The translations under genes and the position numbers were made by a program. The notes beneath the pieces were generated by a model. It saw only the letters and a list, made by a program, of their open reading frames with translations. It made no database searches and had not been told where the DNA came from. A stretch of DNA of 43,912 bases, taken from contig DASZFR010000085.1 of NCBI GenBank assembly GCA_035939635.1, positions 1-43,912 of the forward strand, written 5' to 3'. This document shows, piece after piece, positions 1 through 10,002 of this stretch (the stretch's first letter is position 1; each line of letters starts with the position of its first letter). Source of the stretch: Solirubrobacteraceae bacterium (GTDB taxonomy: Bacteria; Actinomycetota; Thermoleophilia; Solirubrobacterales; Solirubrobacteraceae).

Positions 1-672
1 CGGCTCAGCGGCGGAGGACGTGTCCGCGTCCGAGGCAATCGCGTCCGGAGCCGCGGCCTCCCCATCGGTCTCGGAAGGCGTTGTTGCCTCGGACGGGGAC
101 GCGTCCGCAGCTGTTGCCTCGGACGGCGATGCGTCCGCAGCTGGCGCCTCGCCAGAAACCAAACCCTGCTCCGCGATCTGCCCCAGCTGGATAGCCAGAC
201 CCGAGATCAGTGCGTTCAGCGTCCGGACCAACCCGCTCAGCGGCGCGGCGATCGTGCCCACGAGCTGGGCATGGAGCACCTCGCGGGCGGGCAGACGCGC
301 CAGCGACTTGAGTTCGTCGGCGCTCAGCGTCGCCCCGTCCAGCAGGCCGCCCTTGAACTGGAGCGTGTCCAGGGCCCGGGCGGTGTCGTTCAGCGCCTTA
401 GCGGCGAGGGCGGCGTCGCCGGCCACGAAGGCCAGCGCGGTGGGACCCTCCAGCAGCGACTTCAGTGCCTCGACGCCGGCGGCGTCGGAGGCCCGCTCGG
501 TCAGAGAGTTCTTGACGATCCGAAAGCGGGTGTCCGCATCACGCAGCTTGGCCCGCAGGTCCGCCACCTCGGACACCGAGATCCCGCGATAGTCGACGGC
601 GAAGATGGCGTCGGCCGAGCGCATCTGCTCGGCGAGTTCTTCGACTAGGGCTGCTTTCTGGTCTCGGTTCAT
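1..672 (-). CDS. rplJ: 50S ribosomal protein L10 with acidic Ala/Ser/Asp/Glu-rich C-terminal extension (3' end runs off the window)
   Basis: Not in the ORF track. Read manually from ATG at 672: MNRDQKAALVEELAEQMRSADAIFAVDYRGISV...RIVKNSL...LEGPTALAF...LARLPAREVLHAQLVGTIAAP. Lies downstream of rplA as expected. Confidence 0.95.
   Translation of the reverse strand, partial: MNRDQKAALVEELAEQMRSADAIFAVDYRGISVSEVADLRAKLRDADTRFRIVKNSLTERASDAAGVEALKSLLEGPTALAFVAGDAALAAKALNDTARALDTLQFKGGLLDGATLSADELKSLARLPAREVLHAQLVGTIAAPLSGLVRTLNALISGLAIQLGQIAEQGLVSGEAPAADASPSEATAADASPSEATTPSETDGEAAAPDAIASDADTSSAAEP
82..141. repeat. 2 x 30-bp tandem repeat inside the L10 C-terminal extension (AADASPSEAT units)
   Basis: tgttgcctcggacggggacgcgtccgcagc followed by tgttgcctcggacggcgatgcgtccgcagc. 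Confidence 0.85.
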
Positions 673-746
673 CGTTCCACCTGTTCCGGACTTCCGCGCT
701 CATCGCGCCGCCGGAGGTCTCCGGTAGAGAAGCTTCGGGTCTGAGT
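673..746 (-). promoter_or_regulatory. Possible L10 leader (autoregulatory mRNA structure) between rplA and rplJ
   Basis: Expected position. The minus strand has GAGACCTCCGG...CCGGAACAGGT with pairing potential. Not tested with a covariance model. Confidence 0.35.
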
Positions 747-1466
747 CTACGCGGCCGCGGGCTCGTCGACGATGTCGCGGGTCCGCGAGGGGTCGACCTT
801 GATTCCCGGCCCCATCGTGGTGGTCAGCGTCACGGAGCGTAGGTAGCGCCCCTTGGCCGCCGAGGGCTTGGCTCGGACCAGCTCGTCAATTACCGCCGCG
901 TAGTTCTCCAGCAGGGCCCGCGCTTCGAAGTCCCGCTTGCCAATCACCAGATGGACGATGGCGTTGCGGTCGGTGCGGTACTCCACCTTGCCCGACTTGG
1001 ACTCCCCGACGGCCTTGGCCAAGTCCATGGTGACCGTGCCGACCTTGGGGTTGGGCATCTTGCCCGCGGGCCCGAGGATGCGGCCGAGCTGGCCGACCAC
1101 CGACATCAGGTCCGGTGTGGCGATCGCGACGTCGAAGTCGTCGAACCCCTCCTGGATGCGTTTGGCGAGGTCCTGCGCGCCGACCACGTCGGCGCCCGCC
1201 TCCTCGGCCTCGCGCGCCTTGTCGCCCTGCGCAAACACCGCGATCTTCACGTCTTTGCCCAGGCCGTTGGGCAGCGCCACGGTGCCGCGCAGCTGCTCGT
1301 CGGCGTGGCGCACGTTGAGCCCGGTGCGCACGTGCACCTCGATCGACTCGTCGAACTTCGCACCGGCAAGGCTGCGCACGAGCGAAACGGCCTCCGCGGG
1401 CTGATACTCGCGATCGCGATCGACGCGCGAGCGGCGCTCGAGCACGCTCTTGCCGTGGTGGGTCAC
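747..1466 (-). CDS. rplA: 50S ribosomal protein L1
   Basis: [49 protein letters not shown] motifs. GTG start at 1466 overlaps the rplK stop (GTGA), so the 465-aa ORF is over-extended. Confidence 0.97.
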   Translation of the reverse strand: MTHHGKSVLERRSRVDRDREYQPAEAVSLVRSLAGAKFDESIEVHVRTGLNVRHADEQLRGTVALPNGLGKDVKIAVFAQGDKAREAEEAGADVVGAQDLAKRIQEGFDDFDVAIATPDLMSVVGQLGRILGPAGKMPNPKVGTVTMDLAKAVGESKSGKVEYRTDRNAIVHLVIGKRDFEARALLENYAAVIDELVRAKPSAAKGRYLRSVTLTTTMGPGIKVDPSRTRDIVDEPAAA

Positions 1467-1888
1467 GGGGCTACCTCGACTCCCATTGAGCGCGCGGTGC
1501 CGGCAATGATCTTCGCGGCCTGCTCGACGTCGTGCGCGTTGAGGTCCGCGAGCTTGCGCTCGGCGATCTCGCGCAGCTGCTCCTGCGTGATCGTGCCCAC
1601 CTTCGTGCGGTTGGGCTCGCCGGAGCCCTTGGGGATGCGCAGCGCCTGGCGGATCAGCACCGCGGCGGGCGGCGTCTTTGTGATGAACGTGAACGAGCGG
1701 TCCTCGTACACGGTGATCACCACCGGGATCACCGTTCCGGTGTCGGACTGCGTCTGCGCGTTGAACGCCTTGCAGAACTCCATGATGTTGATCCCGTGCT
1801 GGCCCAGCGCCGGTCCCACCGGCGGGGCGGGGCTCGCCTGGCCGCCGATCGCCTGCAGCTTGATCGTGGTGAGGACCTTCTTTGCCAC
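1463..1888 (-). CDS. rplK: 50S ribosomal protein L11
   Basis: [27 protein letters not shown] and IAGTARSMG motifs. Confidence 0.98.
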   Translation of the reverse strand: MAKKVLTTIKLQAIGGQASPAPPVGPALGQHGINIMEFCKAFNAQTQSDTGTVIPVVITVYEDRSFTFITKTPPAAVLIRQALRIPKGSGEPNRTKVGTITQEQLREIAERKLADLNAHDVEQAAKIIAGTARSMGVEVAP

Positions 1889-2409
1889 TAGAGCTTTTTG
1901 ACCTGGTCGAAACCCACCTCGACCGGCGTCTCGCGCCCGAAGATGGATACCAGCACCTTGAGCTTCGCTGCGTCCTCGTTGATCTCTGAGATCTCGCCGG
2001 AGAAGTCCGACAGCGGGCCGGAGACCACCTTGACCGACTCGCCGATCGCGAACTGCGCGCGCGCGCGCGTGGCGGTTGCGACCTCCTTGTGCAGGAGCCG
2101 GTCGACCTCGGGCTGCGAGAGCGGCACGGGTTCCTGTGACGCACCGACGAAGCCGGTCACGCCGGGGGTGCCCTTGACCACGCCCCAGGAGTCCTCGTTG
2201 AGCTCCATGTTCACGAGCACGTAGCCCGGCATCGTGCGCTTCTCCACCGTGACCTTCTGGTTGTCCTTCATCTCCGACACCGATTCGGTGGGCACCACGA
2301 CCGCGCGTACCGCGCGCTGCTGACCAAGCGAGACGATGCGGTGTTCGAGGTTCTGCTTGACCTTGTTCTCGTGCCCGGAATAGGTGTTGACGACGTACCA
2401 GCGAAACAC
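1888..2409 (-). CDS. nusG: Transcription termination/antitermination factor NusG
   Basis: [33 protein letters not shown] motif, [10 protein letters not shown]. Confidence 0.97.
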   Translation of the reverse strand: MFRWYVVNTYSGHENKVKQNLEHRIVSLGQQRAVRAVVVPTESVSEMKDNQKVTVEKRTMPGYVLVNMELNEDSWGVVKGTPGVTGFVGASQEPVPLSQPEVDRLLHKEVATATRARAQFAIGESVKVVSGPLSDFSGEISEINEDAAKLKVLVSIFGRETPVEVGFDQVKKL

Positions 2410-2419
2410 TCAGCGAACC

Positions 2420-3022
2420 TCAGAGCACGAATTCGACGATTTCTTTTGCCACCAGATCGGCCACGCCCAGGTACACGCCAGCGACGATGACGAAGCCGAG
2501 CACCACCGCGGTCGCCTGTACCACCTGGCGCCGGTCGGGCCACTGTACGCGCTGAAGCTCTGCCCAGCTCGCCTCCAGGAACGCCAGCACGCGGTTGCCG
2601 CCACGCGGCGCGGCCGGCGCCTGTTCGCGCGCGGCCGGGCGCGCGATGGCGCCTGCCACCGTCCCGTCGCCGGCGCTCTGCGCGATCGCGTCGTCGAGCT
2701 GCAAGCCCGCGTCCTGGTCTGAGCTGCCGGCGCCCAAACCCGTGGGCTCCGGCGCGTTGCCGTTGGGCTCGGCCAGGCCGTCTTCGAGATCGCTCTCGGC
2801 CGCGGTGGCATCGTCGGTATCGGGCGCAGCCGTGACCCCCTCGGCTCCGCGCACGAGCGCGGCGTCGAACTCGTCGACGTCGGAGGAGGCGTGCTCGAGC
2901 GCACCCGGCAGGTCGGCACGCTCGGGCTGACTCGGCGTGAGGTGCGAGCGTCCGGTCTGGCGCGCGCCCGGGCCCCCGCGCCGGTCCCGGCGCTGCTTAG
3001 CGCGTTTGCGGTCACGGGCCAC
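2420..3022 (-). CDS. secE: Preprotein translocase subunit SecE with long N-terminal extension
   Basis: C-terminal ASWAELQRVQWPDRRQV plus one TM helix. Position between rpmG and nusG. Confidence 0.9.
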   Translation of the reverse strand: MARDRKRAKQRRDRRGGPGARQTGRSHLTPSQPERADLPGALEHASSDVDEFDAALVRGAEGVTAAPDTDDATAAESDLEDGLAEPNGNAPEPTGLGAGSSDQDAGLQLDDAIAQSAGDGTVAGAIARPAAREQAPAAPRGGNRVLAFLEASWAELQRVQWPDRRQVVQATAVVLGFVIVAGVYLGVADLVAKEIVEFVL

Positions 3023-3037
3023 TGCTGCGCTCCGGCG

Positions 3038-3202
3038 CTAGCGCGTCTCCCGGTGGCTTGTGTGCCGGCGGCAGTTCCGGCAGTACTTGCGCAGCGTGAT
3101 GCGATCGGGGTTGTTGCGCTTGCTCTTGTTGGTTTGGTAGTTGCGATGCTTACACTCCTCGCACGCGAGGGTGACAGCGATTCGAACGTCTCCGCGGGCC
3201 AT
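3038..3202 (-). CDS. rpmG: 50S ribosomal protein L33 (Zn-ribbon C+ type)
   Basis: [24 protein letters not shown]...[16 protein letters not shown] with two CxxC pairs. ATG at 3202. Confidence 0.96.
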   Translation of the reverse strand: MARGDVRIAVTLACEECKHRNYQTNKSKRNNPDRITLRKYCRNCRRHTSHRETR

Positions 3203-3326
3203 TGGGATTCCTGCCTGTCGTGGCGGTCCTGGACGAAGAAAAACCCCGCCCAGACGCGAGGTCAAGCCAGTGTAGCGCGCCGGGGTGCGGCTAGAGGCCC
3301 AGGTCGCCGGTCGCTACCTTGACGCG

Positions 3327-4298
3327 ATGCACCAGCCCGGCGGCGGACGCGATGCCGCGAGCGAGCGAGCGCGGCGCAGGGCGGCGGCGCGAGGGCGCGC
3401 AGTGCGCCAGCGACGCGCGGCGCTGGCGGCGCTGGCGCTCATCGTGACGCCCCTGGTGGTGCTGCTCGTCGACGGCGGCTCACACCGTGCATCGCGCGGC
3501 CATGGGCTCGCCGCGACGGCCCGGCCGCCAGCCGGAACGAGCGCCAGATCTGCTTCAGGCGCAGGGCCGCGGACCGGCACCACGCACTCGGCGCAGGACG
3601 GCGAGAGCGCTCAGGTGCGCGCGCTGATCGCGCTCGGCAAGCCGATCTACTGCGCCGCGAGGCGCGGCCACGAGGTCGCGCTTACGTTTGACGACGGCCC
3701 CGGCCCCTACACGCAGCTGATGCTGTCCAAGCTGCACAAGCACCACGTGCGCGCCACGTTCTTCGACGTGGGCCGCAACATCCCGCGGCTGGCGCAGGCG
3801 ATCCGCGAGGAGCGCGAAACCGGCGCCGTGGGCGATCACACCTTCACCCATCCCCTGCTCACCTCGCTCGCCCCCGCGCAAGCCGAAGCGGAAATCGTGC
3901 GCACGCAGAGGGCGCTGGAACGCGCGGCGGCCGGGCCGGTGTTTCTCTTTCGCCCGCCGTACGGTGGGCGCGACGAAACGATCGACCGCATCGCCCGCGC
4001 GCACGGCCTGCTCGAGATCATGTGGACCGTCGACAGCGCCGACTCGCTTGGCGCCGAATGGACGCAGATCGAAAGCAGCGTGATCGCAGGGCTGCGCGGC
4101 GGCGCGATCATCCTCATGCACGAGAACCACGGCCAAACCATCCGCGCGATGCTCGGCATCTTCGCCGCGCTCGCTCGCAAACACCTGCGCACGGTGAGCG
4201 TGGCCCAGCTGCTCAGCGACGATCCGCCGAGCGTCGCGCAGGTGCGCGCCGGCAGGGCGGCCTGCGGCGTCACCTCAGGGAGCCTCAGCGGAGGCTGA
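3327..4298 (+). CDS. Membrane-anchored polysaccharide deacetylase (CE4/NodB)
   Basis: TFDDGP, HTFTHP, RPPYG, DSADS and LMHE motifs plus an N-terminal TM. Start uncertain (3285 or 3327). Confidence 0.9.
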   Translation: MHQPGGGRDAASERARRRAAARGRAVRQRRAALAALALIVTPLVVLLVDGGSHRASRGHGLAATARPPAGTSARSASGAGPRTGTTHSAQDGESAQVRALIALGKPIYCAARRGHEVALTFDDGPGPYTQLMLSKLHKHHVRATFFDVGRNIPRLAQAIREERETGAVGDHTFTHPLLTSLAPAQAEAEIVRTQRALERAAAGPVFLFRPPYGGRDETIDRIARAHGLLEIMWTVDSADSLGAEWTQIESSVIAGLRGGAIILMHENHGQTIRAMLGIFAALARKHLRTVSVAQLLSDDPPSVAQVRAGRAACGVTSGSLSGG

Positions 4299-4479
4299 GG
4301 GCGGACGTCCCTCGCAAAAGGTCACCCGGAACGGAGGTTGCCCGCGCGGCCCAGCGGAGGTCCACTGGTGTGATGGCCGAGTCTGCGCATCCCGGTCTCG
4401 GCGGGGGTACCGGCTCGCGACAGGTCGCGTCGGCAAGCGCCGACGGGCGCGGCGATCGGCAGCTCCCGAGCGAACGCCC

Positions 4480-6102
4480 GTGACGAAGCGCAAGGCGGGC
4501 GGGGCGGGCATGGTCCTGCTGACGCTGTGCGCGGGCCAGTTTCTGATGATGCTCGACACGTCGGTGATGAACGTGTCCATCGCGACGGTCGCGAAGGACG
4601 TGGGGACCACGGTCGAGGGAATCCAGACGGCGATCACCCTGTACACGCTGGTGATGGCATCGCTGATGATCACCGGCGGCAAGATCGGTCAGATCATTGG
4701 CGTGAAGCGCGCATTCGCGATCGGGTGCGTGATCTACGGGTGCGGATCGTTGACCACCGCGATCTCGCCGAACCTAGGGGTGCTGCTGCTCGGCTGGTCG
4801 GGTCTGGAGGGGATCGGCGCAGTGCTCATCCTGCCCTCGATCGTCGCGCTCGTGGCGTCGAACTTCGGACGCGCGGAACGGCCGCGGGCGTACGGGCTGA
4901 TCGCTTCGGCTGCGGCGATCGCGATCGCGGTCGGACCGATCGTCGGCGGCCTGTTCACGAGCTATCTGTCATGGCGCTACGTGTTCGGCGGCGAGGTGCT
5001 GATCGTGCTCGCGATCCTCGCACTCACGCGACGCCTGCAGGACGTGCCTGGCGAGGAGGGCGTTCGCCTTGACCTCGTCGGCACCGCGCTATCGGCGCTG
5101 GGTCTGGGCGCGGCGGTCTACGGCGTCCTTCGCTCCGGGACGTGGGGGTTCGTCAAGGCCAAGCCGGGACAGGCCTCTTGGCTGGGGCTGTCGCCCACGA
5201 TCTGGCTGATCATCGCCGGTGCGTTCGTGCTGTGGATCTTTTTCGAGTGGGAGAACCGTCTGGTGGCTCGCGGGTCGCAACCGCTGGTTGACCCGCGCAT
5301 CCTGCGCAACTCGAAGCTGCGGGTGAGCCTGACCGCATTCTTCGCGCAGTACTTCGTGCAGGGCGGAATGTTCTTCGCCGTGCCCCTGTTCCTCTCGGTG
5401 GCGCTCGGGCTGTCCGCGATCGAAACCGGGGTGCGGCTGCTGCCGCTGTCGGTGACCCTGCTGTTGGCGGCGGCGGGGATCCCGAGATTCTTTCCCCAGG
5501 CCTCGCCACGGCGCGTCGCTCGGCTCGGGTTTCTCGGCCTGTTCCTCGGGGTGGTGGCGCTGATTGCCTCGCTGGACGCAGGTGCCGGTGCCGAGATCGT
5601 GACCTGGCCGCTGCTGCTGTGCGGCCTGGGCGTCGGCGCGCTTGCCTCGCAGCTGGGCAGCGTGACTGTCTCATCGGTTCCCGACGAGCAGACCGGCGAG
5701 GTGGGAGGACTGCAGAACACGATCACCAACCTCGGGATCTCGCTCGGCACGGCGCTCAGTGGCGCGCTCGTAACGGCGGCGCTCACGGCGTCGTTCCTGA
5801 CCGGGATCGAGCAGAACAACGCCATACCCGCGTCTGTCAAATCGCAGACGTCGACGCAGCTCGCGGCCGGTGTCCCGTTCATTTCCGACGAACAGCTGAA
5901 GACCGCGCTCAAAGAGGCCGGCGTGCCGTCCGCCGCCAGCGACGCGATAGTCGGCGAAAACGAACAAGCGCGGCTCGTGGGCCTGCAGGCCGGATTGTCG
6001 GTGCTCGCGCTCGTCGCGTTGGGCGGCCTGGTGTTCAGTCGCCGGCTCCCAGAGCTCCAGCCCGCCGCAGCGAGTGCGGCCGCGGAACCAGCTTCGGCAT
6101 GA
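4480..6102 (+). CDS. MFS transporter, DHA2 (14-TM) family
   Basis: LDTSVMNVSI, GGKIGQIIG (motif A-like), GPIVGG, and many TM segments. Confidence 0.9.
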   Translation: MTKRKAGGAGMVLLTLCAGQFLMMLDTSVMNVSIATVAKDVGTTVEGIQTAITLYTLVMASLMITGGKIGQIIGVKRAFAIGCVIYGCGSLTTAISPNLGVLLLGWSGLEGIGAVLILPSIVALVASNFGRAERPRAYGLIASAAAIAIAVGPIVGGLFTSYLSWRYVFGGEVLIVLAILALTRRLQDVPGEEGVRLDLVGTALSALGLGAAVYGVLRSGTWGFVKAKPGQASWLGLSPTIWLIIAGAFVLWIFFEWENRLVARGSQPLVDPRILRNSKLRVSLTAFFAQYFVQGGMFFAVPLFLSVALGLSAIETGVRLLPLSVTLLLAAAGIPRFFPQASPRRVARLGFLGLFLGVVALIASLDAGAGAEIVTWPLLLCGLGVGALASQLGSVTVSSVPDEQTGEVGGLQNTITNLGISLGTALSGALVTAALTASFLTGIEQNNAIPASVKSQTSTQLAAGVPFISDEQLKTALKEAGVPSAASDAIVGENEQARLVGLQAGLSVLALVALGGLVFSRRLPELQPAAASAAAEPASA

Positions 6103-6266
6103 GCTGCGCGTGACTACCCACACGAACGAGCACGGCTCCCGCCAAAGACGGCGATGATCCCAGCCCGTATGCCCATTCGTCGCCTTTCAGGAATCATCGC
6201 AGCGACGTGTCCACACTCGTGGGCAGAAAGCCGTACGCTGTCACCGCCGGCTGAGGGGAGCACAGC

Positions 6267-6782
6267 ATGAGCTTGGACGTAGAAGGGGCCGCGGGGATGA
6301 GGCCGCGACAGTTGCTCGGCTACAGCTTTCCTCCGGGGTTCAGCTTTGGGGGCGAGCTCCTCGGAGCGCTGCAGCGGATCGAAAGTGGCGGCGCTCTGAG
6401 CATCCTCGAGGCGCTGTTCGTCGGCCGCGACGCCGAGAGCGGTGAGATGGTCGCGGTCTCACTGAGTGGCACGAGCGCCGGCGGGATGATCGGCCAGCTG
6501 ATCGGCTTCCGACTGGACGAGTCCACTCGCAAGACGCAGACCGAGGAGACGCTCGCAGGCCCAGCCGGCGAGGTTGTGCGCGAGCTGGCTTCCTCGCTCG
6601 AGCCCGGCGCGGCGGTGGCCGGAGTGCTGGTGGAGCACGCCTGGGCAGGGGTACTGGCGGACGCCGTCGCACGCCTGGGAGGCTCGCAGCTCACCAACGA
6701 GCCGCTCGAGGCCAGCGCAAGCGAAGAACCGTGGGCGCGGCTGCTGCGCGCCCACGCAGGCGGTGCCGATTCCGACACCTGA
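6267..6782 (+). CDS. Hypothetical protein, DUF6325/DUF1269-like
   Basis: GGGGAG RBS. Pattern LLGYSFP..FGGELLGALQRIE..G.LSILEALFV...LEPG.AVAGVLVEHAWA resembles this family (recalled, not searched). Confidence 0.65.
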   Translation: MSLDVEGAAGMRPRQLLGYSFPPGFSFGGELLGALQRIESGGALSILEALFVGRDAESGEMVAVSLSGTSAGGMIGQLIGFRLDESTRKTQTEETLAGPAGEVVRELASSLEPGAAVAGVLVEHAWAGVLADAVARLGGSQLTNEPLEASASEEPWARLLRAHAGGADSDT

Positions 6783-6808
6783 GCCGGCGGTGGCATACGC
6801 TGGCGCGG

Positions 6809-7486
6809 GTGACCTCTGTCGACGTCGAGCTGGGTCTGACCGCGCTGGCGGCGATGCTTTCGCCGACCACACTGTCGTTCACGGTGCTCGCGCTGGTGCT
6901 CGGCGAGCGGCCCGGCCGCACCGGCGCGTGGTTTTTCCTCGGCGCGTTCGGCTTGACGATGATCATCGGCGTCGTCGCCGCTTTCGTGCTGGGGAACGCT
7001 GCCGCGCCCTCCAACCACTCGTCAGAAACCCCTCCGACGTGGGTTGCGATCGTCGATGTCGTCCTCGGCGCGCTGCTGCTCGTGTACGTGGTGCGGGTGC
7101 TGCGCCGACCGCGTGACCCTAAGCGGACGGCCGACGCGATCGAGAAAACGAGCAAGATCGCCTCCTCACCGGCGATCGCAGTCGTCGCCGCCGGTGCCAC
7201 CCTCGCCAACCCGGGCGGGTTCATCCCGATCGCGCTGAAGGACATTTCGCAGCTCAATCCGAGCGCCGGGGAATACATCGTGCTGTGGGTCGGATTCGCG
7301 CTGGTGTCGCTGCTTCCGCTTCTCGTCGCGCTGGTGTCCCTGCGCGTGTCGCGCGACCGGACTCTTGCGTGGCTTGGCGTGTTACGCGGGTGGCTGGAAC
7401 GGCATGCGCGCACGCTCGCCGCGGGGATCATCGTCCTGCTCGCCGCAGCGCTGCTTCGTAACGGCATCGTGGCCCTCGCTAGCTAG
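6809..7486 (+). CDS. GAP family (Sap/SfLAP-like) membrane protein
   Basis: ALAAMLSP at the N-terminus, ANPG, ~6 TM, GWLERHA near the C-terminus. GTG start at 6809 inferred from its paralog. Confidence 0.75.
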   Translation: MTSVDVELGLTALAAMLSPTTLSFTVLALVLGERPGRTGAWFFLGAFGLTMIIGVVAAFVLGNAAAPSNHSSETPPTWVAIVDVVLGALLLVYVVRVLRRPRDPKRTADAIEKTSKIASSPAIAVVAAGATLANPGGFIPIALKDISQLNPSAGEYIVLWVGFALVSLLPLLVALVSLRVSRDRTLAWLGVLRGWLERHARTLAAGIIVLLAAALLRNGIVALAS

Positions 7487-7616
7487 CTGTCCTGCTCAAG
7501 CACGTTGTGCGCGCCGTCCCCGCCGACGCCCGCGACGTCCAACCGCGAACGGTTACGGCCCACCGGGCTGACGTCCGGGCCAACGCTGTTTCGCGCGAAT
7601 AGCGCCACGCGCGCCG

Positions 7617-8285
7617 TCAACCGGAGAGGCCGGCGATCCCATCCCGGAGCAGCGTGACCGCGAGCGCACCCACGAGCACGAGCGTGATCGTGCGCGCGTG
7701 TCTTTCGAGCCACTGGCCGGCGGCCCGAACTCGCGGTGCGGTCCGCGCTGGAGCGACGCGGAGGAACACCAACGCAACACCGAGGGGCAGCAGTGACGCC
7801 AGCGCGAAGAGCAGCCAGTCGAGGATGAACTGGACGCGTGTGGGGTCAAGCTGCGAGATGTCCTTCAAGGCGACGATCATGAACGGGCCGGCATTTGCCA
7901 GGGCTGCACCGGCGAGCACGATGCTCGCGGCCGAGCCCGTCGCGAGGCCCTGCATGCGCCCCAGGTTGGCGGCCATTTTGTCCGGATCTCCGGGCCGGCG
8001 CATCGTTCGAGCGACGTAGGCGAGCAGCACGGCGCCCAAGGCGATGTTGAGGATCGATACCCACGTCTTTGGTTTCGACTCGGGCGCGGCGGCGAGATCG
8101 CCGATGAGAAATGCCGCCAGGACACCTACCGCGAGCGTCGCGCCGAGCCCTCCGACAAAGAACCAGGATCCTGTGCGCAGCGGCCGGTCGCCGATCACGA
8201 GTGCGAGCGCCGAGAAGATGAGCGTGGCAGGTTCGAGCATCGCGACGAGGCCGACGAGCACGAGTTCGACGTCGACCGAGGTCAC
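7617..8285 (-). CDS. GAP family (Sap/SfLAP-like) membrane protein, paralog
   Basis: Shares MTSVDVEL, ALKDISQL, WLERHART and LLR.GI with 6809-7486. Confidence 0.75.
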   Translation of the reverse strand: MTSVDVELVLVGLVAMLEPATLIFSALALVIGDRPLRTGSWFFVGGLGATLAVGVLAAFLIGDLAAAPESKPKTWVSILNIALGAVLLAYVARTMRRPGDPDKMAANLGRMQGLATGSAASIVLAGAALANAGPFMIVALKDISQLDPTRVQFILDWLLFALASLLPLGVALVFLRVAPARTAPRVRAAGQWLERHARTITLVLVGALAVTLLRDGIAGLSG

Positions 8286-8350
8286 GCGGTGGCTCCCACG
8301 AAGCCTAGCCGGCAGGCGCGGCTATGCCATCGCGCACCGACCGCTCCTGG

Positions 8351-8860
8351 CTAGGAGCAGTTGATCGGAGCCAGCGCCTGCTGGTAGCTGTTGGCCAGCT
8401 TGCTCACCGCCGACTTCAGCTGGGGCCCCGCGTTCTTCAGCGCTGATTCAAGGCCGCCGGAGAGGCTCGCCCCCACGCTTGAGGCGATCGTTTTGAGTTC
8501 CGATTCGAAGGCCTTTACCGCAGGTTCGACCTGTTCCCTGCGTGCCGGCGCGAGGTTGTGCTGCGCGTCCTTGATCTTTTTCAGTTCCTTGCTGATGACT
8601 TCGAGGCTGCTCTTGGCTTCGTTGACGGCACTCGTTGTAGGCGTAAGCCCCTGCAGCTTGCTGATCTGCTTGGAGATTTCGGTGCGCGCGCCGCACACTT
8701 CCTTCTTGGCCTTGTCTTGCGACGATTCGCCGCACGCCGCGAGCGTCACGCTGATCAGCAGCGCCCCAAGCAGGGGCACGCTGCGACGTGCGACGTGCGC
8801 GCCGCGTCGAGTGAGCGTGCTCGATTGGGGAGCGCTTAGCGGGCGTGATCGCACGGCCAC
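8351..8860 (-). CDS. Putative lipoprotein (helical, Lys-rich)
   Basis: Hydrophobic stretch plus lipobox LAAC-G. Start may be GTG at 8854 or later. Confidence 0.7.
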   Translation of the reverse strand: MAVRSRPLSAPQSSTLTRRGAHVARRSVPLLGALLISVTLAACGESSQDKAKKEVCGARTEISKQISKLQGLTPTTSAVNEAKSSLEVISKELKKIKDAQHNLAPARREQVEPAVKAFESELKTIASSVGASLSGGLESALKNAGPQLKSAVSKLANSYQQALAPINCS

Positions 8861-8887
8861 ACGCTCGCACCGCGAAACCGCTTGACC

Positions 8888-8904
8888 TCGTCCGAATCAG
8901 GTGA
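8888..8904. promoter_or_regulatory. Palindromic box TCGTCC-GAATC-AGGTGA
   Basis: Upstream of the lipoprotein. Minus-strand GAGCGT (8866-8861) lies 21 bp away. Confidence 0.6.
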
Positions 8905-8947
8905 CGCCCGGTCGTCTATGCAGCTGCGGTCACCGCGGTCACACCCG

Positions 8948-9823
8948 TCACCCGTCTCCGGCGGCCCCCTGCCCGCGATCGCGCCCGGCGGTCAGCGAGG
9001 CGCTCATCTTGATTGCCCTCACCGCCCCGGTGGCTCCCGCTTGCAGCGTGGCTCCTACCGCAAGCAGGGCGATGCCCGGGACCAGCAGCGATCCGAGCAG
9101 GAGGATCCCCAGGCGCGCGAGTAAATACGGGGGGGTACACACCGCCATGCTGAGCAGGCCCCCCAGCGCGCCCGCCGCGAGCTTGTCGCGCTTGGAGTGC
9201 GCCGGCCTGGATCCGATGAGTCGTGCCGGCAGGGCCACGTACGCGACCATCATCGCCCCCACGACGATCCCCAGCGACAACGCGAACCAGGGGCGTCCCG
9301 AGCGGGTCACGACGGTTGTCGAAAGCGCGAGCAGCACGCCGATCACGGCGCCCGGCACGACAACAGCTGCCGCGTGCCGGCGCGCGGCACTGAACGCAGG
9401 TCGAATATTGGGCTCGCGGCTGTGCGCGATGGCGAATGCGAACACCGCATTGAGGAAGAACGCCGCCGCAGTGAGCGCGACGATCGCAAGCCAGATCGGG
9501 ATGAGGATCGGGCCGCGAATCACACGAAACGAGGCTCCGTGCAGAACGTGCAGCTTCAGGTCGGCCATTGCCAGCCAGATCCACATCGCGGGGAGGGCCT
9601 CAACGAGCAGCAGGCGCCAGTTCGACAGCAGCAGCCTGACTCCGTGGAGCAGCATCGCGAATGCGCCCGCTGTGAGCGCCAAGGGAGCGAAGGCGCGATG
9701 CGAGCGGCTCATTTGCAGCAGCCGCTCGACCATCACCTCGTCGTCGGATTCGATCGCGCGCACGAGAGAACCAAGCCGTTTGCGCGGCTGGACCGACGGC
9801 AGCTTCGGGGCGACTTTTGCCAT
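8948..9823 (-). CDS. Hypothetical multi-pass membrane protein
   Basis: Long ORF with ~6 hydrophobic segments. ATG at 9823 preferred over 9850. Confidence 0.7.
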   Translation of the reverse strand: MAKVAPKLPSVQPRKRLGSLVRAIESDDEVMVERLLQMSRSHRAFAPLALTAGAFAMLLHGVRLLLSNWRLLLVEALPAMWIWLAMADLKLHVLHGASFRVIRGPILIPIWLAIVALTAAAFFLNAVFAFAIAHSREPNIRPAFSAARRHAAAVVVPGAVIGVLLALSTTVVTRSGRPWFALSLGIVVGAMMVAYVALPARLIGSRPAHSKRDKLAAGALGGLLSMAVCTPPYLLARLGILLLGSLLVPGIALLAVGATLQAGATGAVRAIKMSASLTAGRDRGQGAAGDG

Positions 9824-9877
9824 GCCACCCGAGGATCCCACGGACAACACAGCTAGAGCGTCCGAGCGCGTGCTCCG

Positions 9878-9894
9878 TCATCCCATGAGAGTGA
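9878..9894. promoter_or_regulatory. Palindromic box TCATCC-CATGA-GAGTGA
   Basis: Divergent intergenic region. CACGCT (9917-9922) lies 22 bp downstream, ahead of the DUF1269 gene. Confidence 0.75.
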
Positions 9895-10002
9895 TGCCGA
9901 CCGAAGCCCGCGCTGGCACGCTGGGCGATAACGCTCGGCCGGGGCTTGGCGGCAGGTGAGTCGCCTGAGAGGTTCTGGCCAACGACGACAAGGGAGTTCG
10001 CT

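Noticed and set aside
20-648. Plus-strand ORFs 20-592 and 271-648, and the many similar shadow ORFs across the window
   Set aside because: They are antisense or alternative-frame products of high-GC coding sequence, with Arg/Ala/Pro-rich composition and no motifs.
1467-2144. N-terminal extension of the 465-aa L1 ORF
   Set aside because: It overlaps rplK and nusG out of frame. The real start is GTG at 1466.
4322-4338. Half-site TCACCC-GGAAC-GGAGGT upstream of the MFS gene
   Set aside because: The right arm is poor and there is no -10 at 21-22 bp, so it was not counted.
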